Shown piece by piece: positions 59,986-64,000 of a stretch of DNA of 64,000 bases. Each line of letters opens with the position of its first letter. Within the stretch, counting starts at the first letter, position 1. The notes beneath the pieces were generated by a model that saw nothing but the letters and a program-made list of their open reading frames with translations, was not told where the DNA came from and ran no database searches. Both the position numbers and the translations under genes were made by a program. The DNA is from Bacteroidales bacterium (GTDB lineage Bacteria > Bacteroidota > Bacteroidia > Bacteroidales > JAADJA01), in assembly GCA_016783885.1 (NCBI GenBank), contig JADHVR010000005.1, positions 28,140 through 92,139 on the forward strand, written 5' to 3'.

Positions 59986-61260
59986 TCAATACCCATATTT
60001 ATTTTTCCAAAACTTTCTTAACCGTGCCCTGAGTTCATTTTCCCTGGAGTTATTTCCCGGATTATAAAATCTTGTACCTTTAATTTTATCCGGCAAAAAC
60101 TCAAGATTTGCAAAATTGTCCTTAAAATCATGTGCATATTTATATCCCTTTCCATATCCTATTTCCTTCATTAAATTAGTCGGAGCGTTTCTGATATGCA
60201 GAGGAACAGATAAATCACCGGCTTTGTTCACCATTTGCTGAGCATTTTGTATTGCCATGTACGATGCATTGCTTTTAGGAGATGAAGCGAGGTAAATAGC
60301 CGTTTGAGATAATATGATCCGGCATTCGGGATACCCGATCATATTTACGGCATCAAAACAGCTTTGTGCCAGCACCAATGCTGTTGGATTGGCATTACCA
60401 ATATCTTCAGAAGCGAGAATAACCATCCTGCGTGCAATGAATTTGGGGTCTTCGCCAGCCTCCACCATACGTGCAAGCCAGTACACTGCTGCATTCGGGT
60501 CGCTGCCTCTCATGGATTTAATAAAAGCGGAAATAATGTCGTAGTGCATTTCGCCGGATTTATCATATATGGCAAGGTTTTTTTGAATAACCTTCTGAAC
60601 CTTTTCATTGGTAACAGTAATCTCTTTATTTATATTGATCTCAGCATTAACAACCAGTTCAAGGGCATTTAGTAATTTTCTTGCATCGCCGCCCGAAATT
60701 CTTAACAAGGCTTCGTCTTCTTTAATGATGATCTTTATGGCTTTATCAGTCTCAAGTTTTATTTTGCCTCTTTTGAGCAATTCGAGCAGATGTTCTTTCT
60801 CTAAGTCCTTCAAAATATAAACCTGACAGCGCGATAGGAGAGGGGAGATCACTTCAAATGAAGGATTTTCAGTAGTAGCGCCGATAAGAGTAATAATTCC
60901 TTTCTCAACTGCTCCGAGGAGTGAATCCTGCTGTGATTTGTTGAACCGGTGAATCTCATCAATAAAAAGAATTGCACCTCCGGCGCTTTCCTTCGCATTT
61001 GCTATCACCTTTCTCACATCTTTCACTCCTGAACTCACAGCGCTTAAAGTAACAAAAGGGCGGCTTAATTGTTGAGAAATTATAAAAGCCAGTGTTGTTT
61101 TCCCAACACCCGGAGGTCCCCAAAAAATCATGGAAGGTATATTGCCCGATTCAATTGCCTGTCTTAAAATTGCATTTTTGCCTGCAATGTGTTCCTGCCC
61201 GATGTATTCATCAAGTGTTTTCGGACGAAGCAGTTCAGCTAATGGGATGTTTTGTGTCAT
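59986..61260 (-). CDS. rarA: Replication-associated recombination protein A
   Basis: PLAExLRP, WGPPGVGKTT, IDEIHRF, GATTENP, SAFIKSMRGSD. Confidence 0.96.
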   Translation of the reverse strand: MTQNIPLAELLRPKTLDEYIGQEHIAGKNAILRQAIESGNIPSMIFWGPPGVGKTTLAFIISQQLSRPFVTLSAVSSGVKDVRKVIANAKESAGGAILFIDEIHRFNKSQQDSLLGAVEKGIITLIGATTENPSFEVISPLLSRCQVYILKDLEKEHLLELLKRGKIKLETDKAIKIIIKEDEALLRISGGDARKLLNALELVVNAEININKEITVTNEKVQKVIQKNLAIYDKSGEMHYDIISAFIKSMRGSDPNAAVYWLARMVEAGEDPKFIARRMVILASEDIGNANPTALVLAQSCFDAVNMIGYPECRIILSQTAIYLASSPKSNASYMAIQNAQQMVNKAGDLSVPLHIRNAPTNLMKEIGYGKGYKYAHDFKDNFANLEFLPDKIKGTRFYNPGNNSRENELRARLRKFWKNKYGY

Positions 61261-61288
61261 AAAAGTTTGTTCGATGTTTCAGGTTCCA

Positions 61289-61319
61289 CCCCGAATACCG
61301 ATATTTATCGGTATCGGGG
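61289..61319. repeat. Nested mini-palindrome
   Basis: ccccgaat-accgatatttatcggt-atcgggg. Confidence 0.75.
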
Positions 61320-61379
61320 CAAAATTCAATTGAATTCAGGGGAGACTAAAGTAATACTTTTCCTTTAACGAAATTAAAT

Positions 61380-61883
61380 TTAAATCCTGGCTGATTTGGT
61401 TTTTTCTTTCTTTTCTTCAGGAGGTATATATTTGTTGGGCTTCGCCTCCGGAATTGAATCCTTTTTATCATAAGGTGTGCGAAAATATTTATCTATCAGT
61501 TTCTGATGTTCTTCTATGTAATCATTGTAACGTTTCCTGAAATTTTCTTGTTGTTCGCTGAATTGCTCCATGAATTCTTCATCCCAGAAATGGTGAAATT
61601 TTTGATTAAGGTTTCTGAATAATGAATCCAGTTTAGCATCAGGAAAATCCCTGCCAGACCAATACCAGGAATAAGTGGAATCATACCGTGTTAAATTGCT
61701 TTCTTCGTCAAATTGCTTTTTAATATCAATATGGACTTTCGGATTGTTAGTATCCGGTTCATCTTCCTGAGCCAAAACAGGGTTTATCAAAATAAAGATG
61801 CTTAATAGCGACAGTAAAGCAGCATAGCTGTAAACTATCCTTTTTGTGAAGCTCATGTTGAGCGGATGTTTTAAAGATTTCAT
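61380..61883 (-). CDS. Hypothetical exported protein
   Basis: Signal peptide (VLA-Q), PKVHIDI..RYDSTYSWYWS, helical C-terminus. Confidence 0.7.
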   Translation of the reverse strand: MKSLKHPLNMSFTKRIVYSYAALLSLLSIFILINPVLAQEDEPDTNNPKVHIDIKKQFDEESNLTRYDSTYSWYWSGRDFPDAKLDSLFRNLNQKFHHFWDEEFMEQFSEQQENFRKRYNDYIEEHQKLIDKYFRTPYDKKDSIPEAKPNKYIPPEEKKEKTKSARI

Positions 61884-61974
61884 AGCTGATAAATATTTTA
61901 ATATTCTGACAATAAAATTAGTAATTTATTAAGTTACAGTAGAATGATTTAAGAATTCTTAACAAAAATTAACA

Positions 61975-63132
61975 TCATTTGCTTTTCAACATCAAAACAA
62001 AAGGTATAGCTCCGACTGCCAGGAACGCAGAAAGTTTATAAGTGTTTTCCAAACCTATCCAGTCGCCAAGCAATCCGGCGAATACTACAGATAATGAGGC
62101 GGTAATAAAGCTGATTGTCATAAAAATGCTGTTGATAAATACAGGTTTTTCTTTACCGATATCCTGAACAAGGGCAAGCAATACTGGTCCGGGAGCGAAA
62201 ATAAAAAATCCTAATAAAATTAAAAACGGAAAACTTAACAAACCTTTCGAAGATATGAACAGATACATCAGAAACGGAGTTACAATGGCTATGATAAGCA
62301 GTGATGTCTTTCTGCCGATTTTATCTGAAACAGTTCCTGAAACTAAAGTTCCTATGGCACCGGCTAACTGAAATATGGAAAGGGCGGAATTGGCAAACCA
62401 CAAGGTCTCACCCTTTTCAGTGAAATAATAAGTCGGGAGAAAAGCAGATAACCCTGATTTCATTATCGCCCTGAAGAATGTTATTCCAATTAATATGAGA
62501 AAGAAGGGGAGATATTTTTTAAATGTTTTCCAAAATCCTGTTTGTTTTGCATTTTTCTGAAAGTCCGAAGATATCTTGATCTTTCTTAATCTTAAATAAA
62601 GAATAAATGATGCAACCAAACCAAAAGGAATTAACTTCCATGTGCCTTGAAGCCCCCATAACGAAACTGCACCGGTGATAACTAACGGACCAATGGTTCT
62701 TGCCATTTCCCCTCCGAACATGTAGAAGCTCATTCCTTTGCCTGTTCTGTCGCCTGAAATTTTTTTCACCATAACAGGTGCAGGGACATGAAAAAGCGCT
62801 CCGCTGATTCCACTTACAAAAAGCAGGATAGAAACAATTGTGAAAGTAGGAGCAACGCCCAGCAAACTCATTGTTACAGCCGTTATTGCCGGAGTAACAA
62901 TGATAAAATACCTGGCAGCAGTTTTTTCGGCAATAATCCCGATAAGCGGATTCAGTAGCCAGGGTATTCGTTGAAACAAATCCCATAAGGCTGCTACGGA
63001 AAGTGAAATTCCAAATTTTTCAATTAAAAGCGGGCGAAGCGGTGCGAGGAAAGATGAATAAATATCGTGAAGATTATGAGAGAGGGAGATAAGGATTAAA
63101 TTGCTTGTCTGGAATTTTTTTGAAGATGTCAT
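61975..63132 (-). CDS. MFS transporter (Fsr-like)
   Basis: About 12 TM, HxxHD, ALFH, GTVSDKIGRK. Confidence 0.92.
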   Translation of the reverse strand: MTSSKKFQTSNLILISLSHNLHDIYSSFLAPLRPLLIEKFGISLSVAALWDLFQRIPWLLNPLIGIIAEKTAARYFIIVTPAITAVTMSLLGVAPTFTIVSILLFVSGISGALFHVPAPVMVKKISGDRTGKGMSFYMFGGEMARTIGPLVITGAVSLWGLQGTWKLIPFGLVASFILYLRLRKIKISSDFQKNAKQTGFWKTFKKYLPFFLILIGITFFRAIMKSGLSAFLPTYYFTEKGETLWFANSALSIFQLAGAIGTLVSGTVSDKIGRKTSLLIIAIVTPFLMYLFISSKGLLSFPFLILLGFFIFAPGPVLLALVQDIGKEKPVFINSIFMTISFITASLSVVFAGLLGDWIGLENTYKLSAFLAVGAIPFVLMLKSK

Positions 63133-63137
63133 TAATG

Positions 63138-63186
63138 CTGGTTACTGGTTTCTGGTTACTGGTTTCTGGTTACTGGTTTTTGGTTA
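63138..63186. repeat. Heptamer tandem repeat (CTGGTTW x7)
   Basis: ctggtta ctggttt alternating. Confidence 0.9.
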
Positions 63187-63249
63187 AATGTTATAAGTTA
63201 TAAGTTTTTTTATCCTAATTTGAAACTGTTACTGCTACTGGCACAATTC

Positions 63250-64000
63250 TTAATTCTTATCACGTATTATTTTAATATTGGCAAGTTTGTTTTCTTTTGT
63301 TTCAATAGGATTATTTATTATAAAAAGATGATATAGTAGTTGTGTCGATAAAATTCCTGCAATAGCCATATTGTCCACCTCTGAAATATTCTTCCCGATT
63401 CTCGCTTTTTCAACAAGTTTGAGCACTTTCCCGGGGTCAAAAATACCAAAAGATTTTATCTTGTGTTCTGACAGCAGATCATCAACATAATCCGGCGACC
63501 GTTCACCAAAGAAACTTGTAGAAATGGGTGCCCTGTATGCCTGCTTGCTTCTGTTTAAAATAGATTCAGGTATTTTACCTTTCATCATTTTTTTCAGAAG
63601 GTATTTCTCATTTAGTCCTTTCAGTTTAAAATCATCAGGTAAATTGGCACAGAATTCAATTACCCTGTGATCCAGGAATGGGTATCTGCCTTCCACCGAA
63701 TTAGCCATAGCCATTCTATCGCCCTGTGATGAAAGTAAATACCCCGACATAAAAATTGTTGTTTCTAAATATTGCGATTTAGCGAGATCATTCCATTTTG
63801 TAAATTCCGTATCCAGGATATTCTGGATTTTTTCCATAGGATCATAATCGCCGATATTTGATTTTATTTCATCCGAAAAGTAGTTTTTAATGCGTGAAGT
63901 ATTATGCCAGCGAAGGATATGTGAATAAAGAGGATTATGTGTATCATTCAATTTATAACCGAAGAATAACTTTAACATATTGCCGGTTGCATTTTTCATT
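63250..64000 (-). CDS. Asparagine synthase (glutamine-hydrolysing) family amidotransferase, C-terminal part (5' end outside window)
   Basis: GDRMAMANSVEGRYPFLD, EKYLLK, RSKQAY. Confidence 0.9.
   Translation of the reverse strand, partial: MKNATGNMLKLFFGYKLNDTHNPLYSHILRWHNTSRIKNYFSDEIKSNIGDYDPMEKIQNILDTEFTKWNDLAKSQYLETTIFMSGYLLSSQGDRMAMANSVEGRYPFLDHRVIEFCANLPDDFKLKGLNEKYLLKKMMKGKIPESILNRSKQAYRAPISTSFFGERSPDYVDDLLSEHKIKSFGIFDPGKVLKLVEKARIGKNISEVDNMAIAGILSTQLLYHLFIINNPIETKENKLANIKIIRDKN

Noticed and set aside
799-62986. Numerous 60-160 aa ORFs overlapping or antisense to the genes above (e.g. 1635-1964, 17886-18284, 33042-33530, 45449-45835)
   Set aside because: Shadow frames with no motifs, lying over better-supported genes or pseudogenes.

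Overview
AT-rich chromosome segment from a Bacteroidota (probably Bacteroidales-like) bacterium, judged from the recurrent TAnnTTTG -7 promoter motifs, porV, and at least 7 T9SS C-terminal-domain (CTD) cargo genes. No rRNA, tRNA, CRISPR array or transposase is visible. Bases 1-13.2 kb form an accessory minus-strand locus. It begins with three 21-bp-phased LytTR-type boxes, followed by a tandem array of secreted T9SS cargoes (C10 peptidase-CUB-CUB, 4-module receptor-L-domain repeat protein, esterase, serine hydrolase-FN3). These genes have near-identical start and stop junctions separated by fold-back elements. The locus then has an unsecreted papain-fold ORF, an orphan CTD tail, and a LytTR regulator with a TPR sensor. 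Divergent from it are a large double-Cache multi-pass membrane protein and a decayed T9SS gene. The rest is mostly housekeeping genes (ddl, PASTA, RluA family, dnaB, ispF, porV, guaB, SurA-type PPIases, MoxR, yicC, gmk, kdsA, rarA). Inserts within it are a solitary integron-type gene cassette with an attC-like site, a GH130/sugar ABC permease locus, a DUF5678-like/aspartic-protease pair and a stand-alone RNA ligase. Intergenic DNA is full of heptamer arrays and nested mini-palindromes. All calls come from reading motifs by eye; no database search was run.
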